DNA of 63,473 nt, filler included, from Octopus bimaculoides (GCF_001194135.2; 8 parts of 7 records of this genome joined end to end with filler, not necessarily neighbours in it), one strand, 5' to 3'. Counted from the first letter of the whole stretch, positions 47,448 to 61,558 are shown. Made by a program: numbers and translations. Notes: a model not told the origin generated them from the letters alone.

Positions 47448-49339
47448 TTTTTTTTTTTTTNNNNNNNNNNNNNNNNNNNNNNNNNNNNNNNNNNNNNNNN
47501 NNNNTTAATTAATTAANNNNNNNNNNNNNNNNNNNNNNNNNNNNNNNNNNNNNNNNNNNNCTCGAACAAAAACTAGATATTGTTTCAAATTCAGACGAAC
47601 GAAGTGGGACTTGTCTAAATTTGATAAAATTGGGTAAAAATTCACAAAGGTTAATCAAAGAACGTTTCATTAAATTCCATATTTTAGTAATTTATTGCTC
47701 TGCCTTTTCGACATTTAGCGGAAGTTGCTACATCTAAGTGTTTAAAAGAAGCATCCGTTTTAATTAAACATCCGGTTTTTTTTTGTTTTGTTTTTTTCAA
47801 ATTTGTCTCGACTGTTCTTTGTCATATAAAGATCACTGCTATCATTATAAAGAAATTATATATCTGAAAGGTTCTGCACAAAATTCATGTGGAAGAACGT
47901 CCTTTGAAATGACAATTGTGTCGAAATGGGAAAGAGCCAAGACTAACATAATAACATGGAATTGTCAATGAATGCATTCTCATCGTTTTCTTTACATCTC
48001 TCTACACCTCTAGTCCTCCTCCTTCTCTTTACTTATTTATCTATCAATGCTTTCTATTTTCTCATTTCCCCACCTCTTTTACACGTTTTAAAGCGCGACC
48101 TGAAGACATTCAACAGTTAATAAATGAAAGTGTGACCCAACCTGCTGTACTGCTAACGGCACGCGCATCTCTTTTTCTAGACATAGTTAATTGGCCTCCT
48201 ACAATAATTATAATAGAGTACCATTTTACGGTTGAAAAGCATCAGCACTTTAATATTTATTGTGCTAATATTTATTATATTTTTATGGCTATTTCAAAAT
48301 AGGTGTTCAAGATATGCCAAAACCAGCATCTAAAGTGGTTACAATGCTGCTAAGGGGTGATGTATAATACATGATGAGTTTAAATTTATGCGCCATCGAG
48401 GTTAATCTTGCCTTTCGTCTTTTCAAGATCGATAAAACAAAGTACTATTCAAGAGACATTGAATGGAAAGCATGTCAAAGAATCGGACAGGACAACTTAA
48501 AGTTTCTATTTCGACACTCACCACCCTCTTCCATCTCCGGGAACTTCATGGTTGGGAACCAGTACTTGACTTATGGGTAATAGTAATACAACAATTAGAG
48601 CAGCATCACATTCGCACCAATATTCATGAATGAAAAATTTCTAGTGGAGTTTGTACTGAACCACTAAGACAATGGAAGGATTAAATGTGTGTGTGTGTGT
48701 GTGTATGGTTTGTGTGTGCGTGGTGGTGGTGGGTGGGTTAAATCATAGACAATCTTCCCAATCACAACCAATCACCACCCAGCGATTCTGAAAGTGAAGA
48801 TAGTTTTAATAAATCAAGAATTTTTCTCTGGTTTTTAAGATACACTTATTCGTCTTTGTTGCTCAAATGTACGACACTGACTATTCACATTTCTCTCAGA
48901 TAATATTGAAAGAAGATATATGAAATGGACATATGTGTGTGTGTGTGGGGGGGGGGGGGTGCGTGCATGCGTGTGTGCTCATCGAATAAAATTTTTACGA
49001 TAGTTGATTTATAGAAAAGATTATGTTAAATTTTTGAAATGCAAATATGTGAATGAAAATTAAGTTCAGACCTCTACATGGTAGCTAGACCTGGTAGAAA
49101 TAGCAGCCAAATCTCCCTGAAAACACCCTACTGTCTTAATCTGACAATTCTGCCTATTATGTAGTTTAAATGAGAAACTGTAACTAAAGATTAAGATTAT
49201 TAACCACACAAAGAGGTGAAAGAAGAGAGACAGCATAGCAAAAGTTTTGGCTCACTGTCATCCTGTACTCCCCTTGTTGCTAGCGAAATGGTATATGCCG
49301 GCTGTGTGAGCAACTGGTTGTTTTAATGGTGGAACAAAC

Positions 49340-50719
49340 GGGAATTCCATTAGAAAAGTTTTAATCAATTTTCTCAGTAACTATGGAGGCTAGGAACAAA
49401 ATACAAACCGCATTCCAATCTATGCACTCGTCTCCACATGTGTGCCATTTTTCACGCGAATCCTCCCAGCCGTTTGGCTGTGAACCTCAAGACAAGAAAG
49501 AATACAACAATCGCTCATGTCCAATTTATGTTGAAGCAATGCAACGGTCCAGACGCGTTTTCTACTGTTCGAAACAATCCTGGAACTCTTGCGAAGTGTT
49601 GCCTTTTAACGCCTGCGTCGTTTTTTCCCCGCCTCTTCCACATCTTAAACGTTTTCCTTCAAGGACTTTTTTCTTTCGGGGTAACATAAAAACGTCGCAG
49701 GGAGCAAGATCAGGTGAATAGGGAGGGTGAGTAAGCGGGGATCATGCTATTTTTGATCAAAAATTGTCTCACACTCAAGGCGGTGTGCGCAGGCGCATTG
49801 TTGTGATGAAACCACCACTCTCCACTTTGCCACAGGCATTTCCGTCTCACCACATCTTGCAAAAGCTTCAGGAATGCCAAGTAAAATGTCTGGTTAACTG
49901 TTTGACCAGAAAGAACAGATTCTCTGTGGAGAATTCCTTTCGCATCGATGAAACAAATCAGCATCGTCTTGACATTGAACTTCACTTGACGCGCTTTTGC
50001 AAGACGTGGGGACATTGAATGCTTCCATTAACTTGATTGCTGCTTCGTTTCCGGGGCGTAGCCGTAGCATCAGATTTCGTCACCAGTGATGACCTTCGAA
50101 AAAAGCTCCGAATCAACTTCCAACTGTTATTTCAGTTCCCGACATGAATTCAGCCGTGACTGCTTTTAATCTTCCGTGAGCAAGCGAGGCACAAATTTTG
50201 CTACAACATTTTTTCATTTGCAATTCTTCGCTTATTGGCAGGTACTCCAGGACTCACCAGTCATAACAACAAGTTCGTCAATTGTTCGGCGACGGTCCTC
50301 CAAGATCGGTTCATGAATTTTCGTAATGTTTTCATTTGTTCGGGAGTTCGACAATCACCTCGAACGAGGTTGGTCTTTAAGCGACAAGTGACCATTCCTA
50401 AAGCGCGGAAACCACTCGTAAACTTGTGTTTTGCTCATGGCAGCGTCCTTGTGAGCTGTTTGAAGCATAACAACTATTCCAGCCGCCATTTTCTCTAGCA
50501 TAGAACAGAATTTCAAAGAATCACGCTGTTCCTTCATTTCAGCAATTCAAAATTCGACAAATAGGAGAGAAGCACTGCAAAGCAAATACGCATCACGTGG
50601 CAGTACGACTTCACTCGACGACGCTGAGGGTCGCATGAGGCAGCTTCTAGAGGCAACACCTGAACCACAACGTACTTGTCCCACAGAGAACCTTTCCGGT
50701 TACTTTTCGGCATCCCTTC
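49340..50719 (-). mobile_element. Near full-length mariner element (~1.4 kb), decayed
   Basis: 5' end TA|CGAAGGGATGCCGAAAAGTAACCGG; MKEQRDSLKFC...VYEWF.RFR; KFVPRLL; ITGDE; HHNNAPAH; PYSPDLAPCD. The 3' TIR near 49340-49365 is only weakly recognisable. Confidence 0.92.
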
Positions 50720-51570
50720 GTACTTTACTATTACGTTATACGTAGTATCAACAAAAAAGTACTCCATTCAGTAGGAGATAAATATCATTTAATATACACA
50801 AAATTTAAGAAAAAGCTTCTAAAGGTTACATACCGCAGCGAGAGAGAATAATTTTGCAGATTTTTATAACATATCATGTGTCTCCAAGGAATCCCATGGG
50901 TATATTATATAAATCTGCCAAATTATTCCATCTCTACGGCATGAAACCATTAGCTGCTCTTTTTTTAAATTCTGTGTATATTAAATGATAAATCACAGTA
51001 TCACTGTATCAGCCAGACTATCAAAAGCTGGTCAAAATGCGCTTCCAAGTCTGTTTTGGTTGCGCCATTATTTTCCATCTTGAATGCATATGTGGATAAG
51101 ATTTATGCTCCTGTCTGGTTAAGTTTTGTATTTCGTTTTTTTTCATCTGTGTCGATCATTTGTAGCGTATGAATTAAGGATTTGCATTCTCTCCCCAAGA
51201 TTCCAAGTTCAACCATACTTTACTCCAGACAGGTTGGTACGTATCCTGTTACTCCAATTATAACGGGTATGAAACTGAAAGTGTATCTGGGTGCTGGATT
51301 TGCAAACTCCTTATCAATGTTCCATAGATGTCCTCCTTCTCTTTTATTTTTATAACAATACATGTATGTACGTACGTACGTATGTATGCATGTATGTATG
51401 TATGTATATACGTATGCATATACGTAAGTACATATGCAAGAGACGAAAGTTTTATAAGACAAAGTTAAAAAGTAGCAGAGAAAAAGGAACAAAAAAATTA
51501 TAAGAAAAGGAGAGTGAGAGGGAGTGAGAAGGAGGGAGAGAGAGACTGACAGACAAACAAAGAGGAAGAG

Positions 51571-51609
<39 letters not shown>

Positions 51610-52323
51610 ATGTGTGTGACAGAGACATTGAGAGAGAGAGATGGGGTGGGGCGGATAGGAGGGAGGTAAGATACAGAGGAACTCTTAAATAGATATTTGA
51701 TATTAAAAAAATCCAAGTGATGACCTGACTTGAAGCCAAGGGAGAACTTTCATATTGACAGCTGCAGGGTGCCAGCAATAATGGCTTTGGGAATACGACG
51801 CTGTGATGGTGGTAATTGTAAAAGGGGTGGATGGTTGATGTGCTTAGAAGGGTGTAAAAAATAAATGTCATTATTATATAACTGTTACCTAACCCTATCC
51901 TCCACCACGATTATCGCACCATCAACGCCCACCTCAGTTATCCTCCACCTACATCAGTGTTACTGCCATTATTGTCGCCCTCTGTGGCTTTTATCATCTC
52001 TCGACATCATGGGCCATTACCGGGAGTTTCTACATGCTAGATATAGCAGCCAAACCTCTCTCAAATCACACTTTCATTGCATAGAAAAAAGTATGTTTGA
52101 CTATGTGATCCGGGGATTTTCTACACATAGGAAAAAGATAGGATGGTCACGGTTGAAAAGCCTTCGAGCCTGTAGCCTTGCTAGGAGGGCCGAGGCGGCG
52201 GTCCAGCCTGGGTGATGCTTTTGTAGGGGACAGCAATTTTGAGGTTTGCTGTATAATCTTGCGTATTTGAACCCGGATGGGGCTACAAATACAAACACTG
52301 TCCCGGCAGCACACACTTTAGTT

Positions 52324-52619
52324 CAGTGGTTCTCAGCAGGAGTCATATAGCCCCTGAGGGTCCATATAATATTGTGGGGGGTTTACGCAACAAAATAGTA
52401 AACTGGGGATTCACAATAGTATTTTAAGGGCCCATGAAAAATTTTGCTTTAGTTGTATGTATTGATATGTATTGCAAAAAAACAGCAAAAAATAGGAAAT
52501 TTGAAAGAAATATCTACAAACTAGTTTTTAATCACAGAATGGCTATGGGGATACACCAGAATAAAACAGTAATCAAAGGGGTCCATAGATAAAAAAAAAA
52601 AGATGGTTGAGAATCCCTG
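52324..52619. mobile_element. hAT-like MITE; related left end at ~54571-54770
   Basis: Termini CAGTGGTTCTCA / TGAGAATCCCTG; no clean 8-bp TSD remains. Confidence 0.65.
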
Positions 52620-52817
52620 CTAGCTATATCACTGCTTTGATCAAAGGTCTGCTCGGTCACCGTTGGCCTGGGGCTAAACAATAACAATGACAACAAGCAG
52701 CTTCATTATCACGCTCAACCTCATTAACATGACCTCTACCACTCACACAACCTCTTCTACTACTGTCACCACCAGCACTACCACAACCACGACAGTCATT
52801 ACAGCTAGTTCCACATG

Positions 52818-53508
52818 CATGGCTGTGTGGTAAGAAGCTTGTTTCCCAGCCACATGGTTCCGGGTTCAGTCTCACTGCGTGGCACTTTGAGCAAGTGTAT
52901 TTTACTATAGTCCCTGGCCGACCGAATCCTTGTGAGTGGATTTGATAGACGGAAACTGAAAGAAGCTCGTCATATATATATGTATGTATTTTTGTGTGTG
53001 TGTTTGTCCTCCCACTATCTCTTGATAACCGATGTTGGTGTGTTTACGTCCCTGTAACTTAGCAGTTCGGCAAAAGAGACCAATAGAATAAGGGTACTTT
53101 TTGGATATCTCACCCCCATTAAAAAATTGGGTTATCTCCCCCAACTAAAAAAATTGTTTAACCCTCAATAAAACAAAAATAAAAAATAAATAAACATCTT
53201 ATTCAATCTGATAACACTTTTACAACAAATCATGCCATGCCTCAATGAGGAGGCCAAAAGTCAAAAGGATCAAACCCTTTTAATTCAATCTCTTGTCGCC
53301 ATATAAACTTAACTTTTTAATGGGGAGGTAACTCAATTTTTTAATGGCTATTTTTTTTAATGGGGGTGAGATAACCAAAAAGTACTAGAATAAGTACTGG
53401 GCCTACAAAGAATAAGTCCTGGGGTCGATTTGTTCGACTAAAGGCGGTGCTCCAGCATGGTCGCAGTCAAATGATTGAAACAAGTAGAATAATAATAAAA
53501 TAAAAGAA
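52818..53508 (+). mobile_element. SINE family A interrupted by a MITE
   Basis: Collinear with 981-1393 once 53092-53385 and one TSD copy are removed. Confidence 0.88.
53092..53385. mobile_element. 294-bp MITE with ~33-bp TIRs and an 8-9-bp TSD
   Basis: TAGAATAA|GGGTACTTTTTGGATATCTCACCCCCATTAAAAAA ... TTTTTTAATGGGGGTGAGATAACCAAAAAGTAC|TAGAATAA. Confidence 0.9.
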
Positions 53509-54509
53509 TACCATCTACCCTACCTCTCTCCTTATCACGCCATACCCCATCACTAGTAACACCCTACGCCCTTTAATCTCGACCACTATTTTTACTCTTA
53601 TTACAACACCACGCCCATTATTTTTCGCAGCTAAAGCGTAACAGTATATTTCTTTCTTTTCTTTTTTTCCTTCCCTATCTTCCTGTCTTTCCTTCTCCGT
53701 CTCATTCTCCTCTCCTCTTCTCTATATATTCATCATTTACTTTCGTTATCTTTCACTTAAATCTCTCGCTATCACAACCCATTACTTTTTTCTTTTCTCC
53801 CTCTTCTAATTTATTACTGTTCTCCCACCTCAACTCCTGCTCTCTCTCTCTCCTGAATCTTTTTTCTCTCCTCTTCTTTAAAATTTGTTTTAATATTACG
53901 CCATCTCCCGCTCCCCGTATTGCTCCCTTTCTCTCATATTAACTAACTCTTTCCCTAACTCGGTCCTATCGTCTTCACTCATCTTTTTTCCTTCTCACTC
54001 TGACCCTCACCCAAAATTTCCCGCTCTCTCGTCGCTTCTACTTTTTCACTCCTCATACTTCTCGAACACTTTTCCCTACTTTCGACTTTAAAAGCAAAAC
54101 GGCGTGTGTCGTCTGCTTTATTCCATTTGACGAGAGTCATTCTCGCCAAAGGTTGGATTAAGTTATTCGATTTTGGACTGGTCTCAAGAACTGACCTCTG
54201 TTCTTTCTAAATGATCAGACGGAAGTTTTTAAATCATTTTTCTCTTTTGCGACAAAATACGCCAACATACAAACATATGTGTAAACAAACAGAGAGAGAA
54301 TCAAATATAAGACTTTAAGACGCTGTCTTTCATTTTATTTTTTCTTATGCTTTAAATATTTCTATTCCACTTTCATAATGGATTCTAAACTGTTGCTGTG
54401 TTTGGCTTTATCAGTCCTGCTTTATAACATTGGTGAGTATCATTTTACCACTTTTAAATATTTGTCGTATCTATGAGAGAAAGAGTCGAGGAGGAAGAGG
54501 TGGAGGAGA

Positions 54510-54546
<37 letters not shown>

Positions 54547-55806
54547 TTGACAATAACTTAACGTCTATGCCACTGATTCTCAACGGGGTTCATAAGACCT
54601 TTAGGGGTTCACATAAGATTTTGTTGTTAAAATCCATGTTCAATAAATTATTTGTTTTTCTACAATGCACAGAATATTCAAACATTTTTTGTACACTTCC
54701 TAATAATATTTATTCATAAATATTTGTTGTTTAACATCGAATGGCTGGTCCCACCCTACTGAGTAAAATAGGNNNNNNNNNNNNNNNNNNNNNNNNNNNN
54801 NNNNNNNNNNNNNNNNTTAATTAATTAANNNNNNNNNNNNNNNNNNNNNNNNNNNNNNNNNNNNNNNNNNNNTATATATATACATTTATTTATATATATA
54901 TATAAAGACGTGTATATATGTCTGTTTGTGTGTATGTGCGCGTGTATATGGCGATTAAATTCGAAAACGTTATAGACGTTGAGACATTTAATGTAAAATT
55001 TTGTGACTGCGAGGTTAAGTGAAACCAAACTACTGTGAGAAGGTTCACATGTGTGTCGAAGAATCCACATAAAAAAAAAAAACATTAAAGCATGCTTTAG
55101 AAGCGCGTGTTTATGTTTCGTAAAGGAAAAATCTTTCTTCAATTCAAAGGATGACGAAAATATAATGTTATCCATGCGAAAGAGGGCAGCACTGGCGTGG
55201 CAGAAACGACTGACTACAGCACGTAGTTCTGCATTCAAATGTTGCCGAAATGTTTGCCTTTCATCCCTTTATGGTCGATAAAATCAGGACCAAACATTTA
55301 CAGGAGTCGATAATAATCGACAACTTTCCAATCTCCTCAACGAACTTCTACATTTTCTTCTAAGAAATTGTTAGTCAAGTTAGTGTTAATATTTTAATGG
55401 ATGAAGCTGTGAAACACTAACTAGTAATAAAATTTGAAGAAAAAACAAAATGCCATCTTAGTAACAACTAGTATTTTCGTCGTATGTATTGGGTCATTTA
55501 TTTTAGCTTTTTATGAAGAGGAGAAACTATTTCATAATTATGTATTCCAAAGAACAAAAATACAATTTCACTGTAGAATTGTATCTATGTATTTCATAGC
55601 GATAGCAATTAGGAAAGTCATAATTTTCGGTGCCATATTTGAAATTCCATCTTAGATGAATGTCTTCAGCGTCAGGTCGAATTTCAGATTTTTCAGTGAA
55701 ATCACGAGAGATTAGAACTTGTTACTCGAGGGAATGTAAGGAAAGAGATATGAAGATAAAGATGGATTTAGAGAAGTAACACTAATCAGGGTACTCACTT
55801 ATACTG

Positions 55807-55839
<33 letters not shown>

Positions 55840-55842
<3 letters not shown>

Positions 55843-55990
55843 TGGAGACGCATTAGACCAGTGGTTAGGGCAACGGACTCGCGATCGTAGGATCGTGGTT
55901 TCCATTCCCAGACCGGGTGTTGTGAGTGTTTATTGAGCAAAAACACATAAAGCTCAACGAGGCTCAGGCAGGGTGGGGGGACCCTACTGT
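55840..55990 (+). mobile_element. tRNA-derived SINE, family C
   Basis: AGACCAGTGGTTAGGGC..GGACTCGCGATCG..GGTTTCCATTCC head. Confidence 0.65.
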
Positions 55991-55993
55991 ACA

Positions 55994-56885
55994 GAATTAG
56001 GAGGCCAAATGTTAGGGGCTGTGTGATCATGATAATTTTCAACCACCCGTTCCTGTGTTACTAGAGCCATGTGATGGTGCAGAGTATCACTGAAGCACAT
56101 ATGGCCTTCCATTGCATACACTGTCTGTCCAGGACATAACAATTATTTCCAGGACCTCCATGTTGGTAGCAGAGTTAACAATAAGACATTGTGGAACGAA
56201 GTAAGGAGGCATCACATTGCTGAAAACCCCTAAAGCCATGACAGGAGCAAGAAATTTTGTATGCATAACACTTGGAAATTCATCTGTTATTTCTTGTTAA
56301 CTTTTTGATCTTGGTCGAAGTTTTTCTCGCTTGAGAAAAGCCAAATCAAATCTTCTGTTGGATTTTTCAGTTTAAGAGCCCTTGAGATCTGATGTAGTGA
56401 TTCGCTTTTCCTTTTTCTGACAAATTGACCTTTCCTCATCATATAAGACTTATATCTGATGTCTTCGTGGACAATATTTCTGACTGGTCCTTCTGACATA
56501 TGGAGATCTTTTGCAATTAACTTCATGGACTTTCTGGGATTGTAATCAATGGTCTGTTGAACTTGCTGAAGAAATTCATGTGTTCTCATGATTTCAGAGC
56601 GTTTAGAATGCTTTTTATGCTTTGATACTGGTGATATATTTCCCTCTTCAGTCTCTAGTTCCTTACAAACTTTGTAGACGAAAGATGTAGCGACTTTTAA
56701 TAGTCGAGATATTTCTAAATCGCTATGCTCAGCCTTTCTAACCACGATAACAGCATGCCTCTTCGTTTCTTGAGTAAGCTGAGAGTTTGCCATTATTATT
56801 TTCTGAAACAATGATTATACAGAATTAGCAAAAAACGCAGCAATGAAACCAAAAAGGTATGTCCTCAAATATTTTTCGCACCCTG
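55994..56885 (-). mobile_element. Tc1/mariner-superfamily element, maT (DD37D)-like, 3' truncated
   Basis: TA|CAGGGTGCG terminus; N-terminal HTH ORF (56811-56287) ending FSSEKNFDQDQKVN; downstream YVLQ*YSAPSH and WPPNS, cut before the third Asp. Confidence 0.85.
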
Positions 56886-56891
56886 TATATA

Positions 56892-57060
56892 TACTACCCA
56901 GCTCTTCGAAACGCCGGTGTTAAAACGGGGGTAGCTGATGAAGGAAAATGTTCTCTATGTGGCTTGTGTGTTTTCTTGTCTACGTTTTGTTTGCAATGTC
57001 CTGTACCCAGATATGCACCTATACATACAGGTGGATGTCGGTATGCACATACCTGTACGT
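56892..57060 (+). mobile_element. Family E repeat (probable Penelope-like terminal repeat)
   Basis: CTCTTCGAAACGCCGG...TAGCTGATGAAGG...GTCCTGTACCCAGATATGCA. Confidence 0.6.
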
Positions 57061-58470
57061 ATATATGCATATACTCATTTACTATTTGTTTATATATATA
57101 TATATATATNNNNNNNNNNNNNNNNNNNNNNNNNNNNNNNNNNNNNNNNNNNNNNNNNNNNNNNNNNNNNNNNNNNNNNNNNNNNNNNNNNNNNNNNNNN
57201 NNNNNNNNNNNNNNNNNNNNNNNNNNNNNNNNNNNNNNNNNNNNNNNNNNNNNNNNNNNNNNNNNNNNNNNNNNNNNNNNNNNNNNNNNNNNNNNNNNNN
57301 NNNNNNNNNNNNNNNNNNNNNNNNNNNNNNNNNNNNNNNNNNNNNNNNNNNNNNNNNNNNNNNNNNNNNNNNNNNNNNNNNNNNNNNNNNNNNNNNNNNN
57401 NNNNNNNNNNNNNNNNNNNNNNNNNNNNNNNNNNNNNNNNNNNNNNNNNNNNNNNNNNNNNNNNNNNNNNNNNNNNNNNNNNNNNNNNNNNNNNNNNNNN
57501 NNNNNNNNNNNNNNNNNNNNNNNNNNNNNNNNNNNNNNNNNNNNNNNNNNNNNNNNNNNNNNNNNNNNNNNNNNNNNNNNNNNNNNNNNNNNNNNNNNNN
57601 NNNNNNNNNNNNNNNNNNNNNNNNNNNNNNATATGGATATATATATACACACACACATATACATAAATGTATATGTGTGTGTGTGTGCGTGTACGTGCGT
57701 GTGCGTGAGTATTTATGCATGTGTCTGTATGCACAAATTCGTGTTTGTGCGTATATGACTGCGTAGAGTCGTATGCCTGCTTCTGTGTTCCGCCGTTTTA
57801 TTTCCTATGAAAGAAAATGATGTTGTTGTTGTTGTTGTTGTTGTTATCGTTGTTGTCGTCGTTGTTGTTGCAATAACGGCGGTTTCTAACTGTACATGTT
57901 TCCCAATTTTCATTTCAATAAAATTGTTATTTAATTGCTGCAAGGGTAGAGCAAAATAGAAAATAAAATATACAAAAAGAAAACAAGCAAAAAGCTATCT
58001 ACTTTTGTTCTTTTGGCGAAAGAAAAGGAAAATCAAAAAAATATTTCAAAAAAATATTCAGTTTAATCTGTGGGAAATGACATGCCATTATCTGCGAACG
58101 CCAAGTTAAACCAACAGTGTATTCGATAGATAGAGAAGTGATTTACAAGGTGGTCGTGTGTGTGTACGAATTACGATGACGATAACGAGAAAGCGGCGGG
58201 GGGAGGGGGTGTAGGCGAGAGGAAACATCGCAGACAGAAAAATGAATTGTAATAATACCAGTTATGATTTGAAATGCTTTTTAAAAGCCTCCGTTTCATT
58301 CATAAAACATACAAAAGAAATCAAGAATTAATGAAAAGGAAAACGAAAATATGTTTGATAACAAAAATGATTTTGTCCTCCATTTTGTTCGTTTCGCCTC
58401 CTCCTCTTTCCATCACTACTACTTTCCTCTACCACCTTCTTTCATTCTTTCTTTCTTTCTTTATTATTAA

Positions 58471-58525
<55 letters not shown>

Positions 58526-58779
58526 AATGATATCATTGCCATTATTATTGTTGTTGTTTTTGCTGTTCTTGTCGTTCTTAATATTATTGTACCTCTCATC
58601 CTATGCCTCTCCTCCTCATCCTCTTTGAATTACACAAACATGGAATAAAGATGCCATAATGCAATAATGTATACACTCTACGTGTGTTTTTTGTTTGTAC
58701 ATATGTATTTGGGTACACACGCAGAGAAACGGAATTAATATGTACGTATATACATACATATATATATATATATGTATAC

Positions 58780-58828
<49 letters not shown>

Positions 58829-58928
58829 NNNNNNNNNNNNNNNNNNNNNNNNNNNNNNNNNNNNNNNNNNNNTTAATTAATTAANNNNNNNNNNNNNNNN
58901 NNNNNNNNNNNNNNNNNNNNNNNNNNNN

Positions 58929-58967
<39 letters not shown>

Positions 58968-59099
58968 GTATGTATGCATGTATGTGTCTATATGTATGCA
59001 TATATATATATATATATATAGATAGATATATACATATACATACATATATATACATATATATAATACAAAGGATATATAAGCATGTATACACACATATAT

Positions 59100-59300
59100 G
59101 TACATACTTACATCTACATGTGTATATAGATGCATATTCGGGTACAGGACGTTAGAAAAATGAACTACAGACAACGGAACGAACAACGGAAAACAAATAG
59201 CCGCTTGAGGAATTATTCCTTCATCAGCTGCCTCTATTCTAAACTAGGCATTTCGAAGATAAGGCAGGACGCACTCTTAGAATAGTTTCTTCCTGAGTAA
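59100..59300 (-). mobile_element. Family E repeat (probable Penelope-like terminal repeat)
   Basis: Minus: TCTTCGAAATGCC...CAGCTGATGAAGG...GTCCTGTACCCGAATATGCA. Confidence 0.6.
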
Positions 59301-59643
59301 GGGATCAACCCACTAAACAGAGGATTCCAAGGTAGCAAACACAAACCAGGACAGGTAAAAATGGACAGTGAAAACAACATTAAAAAGCCGTGGGGCCAAA
59401 CGCGAATCGGATATTGAACGCTAGTGATATGACGAAGCTGGACGCAGAAAAAACAGGTTCGTCTCGCCTTCATGGTGGCTGGAGTGAGAAAGAGAGAATT
59501 GACCACAAGTCACATGTGAGCAGAGAGGTGTGGTAGAGGGAGGAAGTGGAACAAACGTGAGAGACAGGGTGGAAGAGAGAGATGTGTATAGCAGTGAAGT
59601 GAAGGTAAGAAGAAAGATAGATAAGTAGATAGATAGATGGATG

Positions 59644-59682
<39 letters not shown>

Positions 59683-59696
59683 CACGGTATCGACTA

Positions 59697-59962
59697 GATT
59701 ATGTTGTTATACATCGCTGGTCACAATGCGTTTCGCATTGTTTTAGCTTTTGAATTACGCCACCGGTTAGGTGAGTAGGCCAACATTCGCCTGATCGGAA
59801 GGCTATTCCGTCATAGAATTAACCATTTACATCTGAGGGCACTGAAACAACGTGAAATGAAGTGTTTTGCTCTAGAACAGAACTCGTCGACCAGTTCAGG
59901 AATCGAACCTAGGATTTAGCGATCGTGAGTACTATACCATAACCAGTAGGCTGCGCGTTTTG
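59697..59962 (-). mobile_element. tRNA-derived SINE, family C
   Basis: Minus: ACTGGTTATGG...CACGATCGC...GGTTCGATTCCTG B-box, then AGAGCAAAACACTTCATTTCACG. Confidence 0.65.
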
Positions 59963-60397
59963 GTATATATATATATATATATATATNNNNNNNNNNNNNN
60001 NNNNNNNNNNNNNNNNNNNNNNNNNNNNNNNNNNNNNNNNNNNNNNNNNNNNNNNNNNNNNNNNNNNNNNNNNNNNNNNNNNNNNNNNNNNNNNNNNNNN
60101 NNNNNNNNNNNNNNNNNNNNNNNNNNNNNNNNNNNNNNNNNNNNNNNNNNNNNNNNNNNNNNNNNNNNNNNNNNNNNNNNNNNNNNNNNNNNNNNNNNNN
60201 NNNNNNNNNNNNNNNNNNNNNNNNNNNNNNNNNNNNNNNNNNNNNNNNNNNNNNNNNNNNNNNNNNNNNNNNNNNNNNNNNNNNNNNNNNNNNNNNNNNN
60301 NNNNNNNNNNNNNNNNNNNNNNNCATTCATCGTCCAAAAGATCATTACAATTTCGCCCCTTTAACGTATGTGTGTGTGTGCTTGTGTGTGTGTTTGC

Positions 60398-60463
<66 letters not shown>

Positions 60464-60471
60464 CTTTGTGT

Positions 60472-60612
60472 CTATGTTTGTTCCCCACAACCACTTGACA
60501 ACCGGTGTTAGTGTGTTTATATCCTATAACTTAGCAGTTCGGCAAAAGAACCGAGAGAAAAAGTTCCAGTATGGCTGCAGTTTAATGACTGAAACAAGTG
60601 TAAGATAAAAGG
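60472..60612 (+). mobile_element. SINE family A 3' fragment with internal deletion
   Basis: TTGACAACCGGTG...AACTTAGCAGTTCGGCAAAAG...ATGACTGAAACAAG. Confidence 0.7.
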
Positions 60613-60959
60613 TATACATACATATATATATACTTTATATACTTATAATTAAGATTCAGTTGAATTAGGTACTTAAATTGAGGCACCTTGCTTGTCCAGT
60701 ATAGTCCGCACACCTCAACAATATTATTTGAATATTAAATAACAAGACTCCGTGTAGGGGTGCTTGTACCTAATATTCCTGTCGTTTGTACAGACAACTC
60801 AACCCAGCTAAGTGGGGACATCCGCTCTGGTAATTCAGACATGTACTTTTTATATAAAGGTACTCTCTATAGTATTTCCGAAGTGCAGATTTCAAGTTAG
60901 GGGAACAGAATATAAATAGGTAACAAAGATGTATGGGTGTCAGTTCATTACGGCCGTTT

Positions 60960-61230
60960 CAAGCGGCTCCATTTAATTAATTAATGAGAACATTACATCA
61001 ATTTGAAAGACTTATTGAGGGAGTTTTTACTGAATGAGAAAAACTAGTCAATATGGACCTTCTGTCGTGCCCTCATACTTCTGCATGTTTTACTGCCTTC
61101 TAGGATCCTTTGATATTACCTCTGCTTCATATAAAACTTTATCCGTGTTATAGTGGCCGTAAAGGGAAATATGGTATTGTTTCCGCATGAGCCTCCTTCA
61201 TCTGTATCTGGTGTGGGCCTATCCAACAGC
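60960..61230 (-). mobile_element. Penelope-like GIY-YIG relic
   Basis: SLYGHYNTDKVLYEAEVIS, KYEGTTEGP and NKSFK resemble the PLE pattern CPL.G.C....VIY.A.V...YIG.TE..FK...H..SF. Confidence 0.55.
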
Positions 61231-61558
61231 ATCTTCTTTACGCAAAGTGCCCAACTACAAAAATATTAACGTTTGTCTACACATATAAAGAAAGCCTACA
61301 CAGATACAAATCGTACACACGTACAAATCGTACGCACATACCAACTTAACCACCATCACCACGCCCGCATACATGTTTCCACAACATATTCTTGCTACTT
61401 AACAGCTGACTCAAGGGACACACCACTTCATCAAACTCTTAATCAGTTATCTACTTCGACTTCGTTTCGTGTTTATTCCAGTACCCACAAGCAGCGTGTG
61501 ACATTTTCATGCAATCGATGACAGTGAGCAGTCACCATATATTTATTTCGTACCTGAC

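Noticed and set aside
48095-48140. CTGAAGA-CATT...AATGAAA
   Set aside because: Stem II out of register; no stem I or III.
52101-52316. 71-aa minus ORF and overlapping 116-aa plus ORF
   Set aside because: No motif or splice support; partly overlaps a dispersed repeat also seen near 49075 and 12880.
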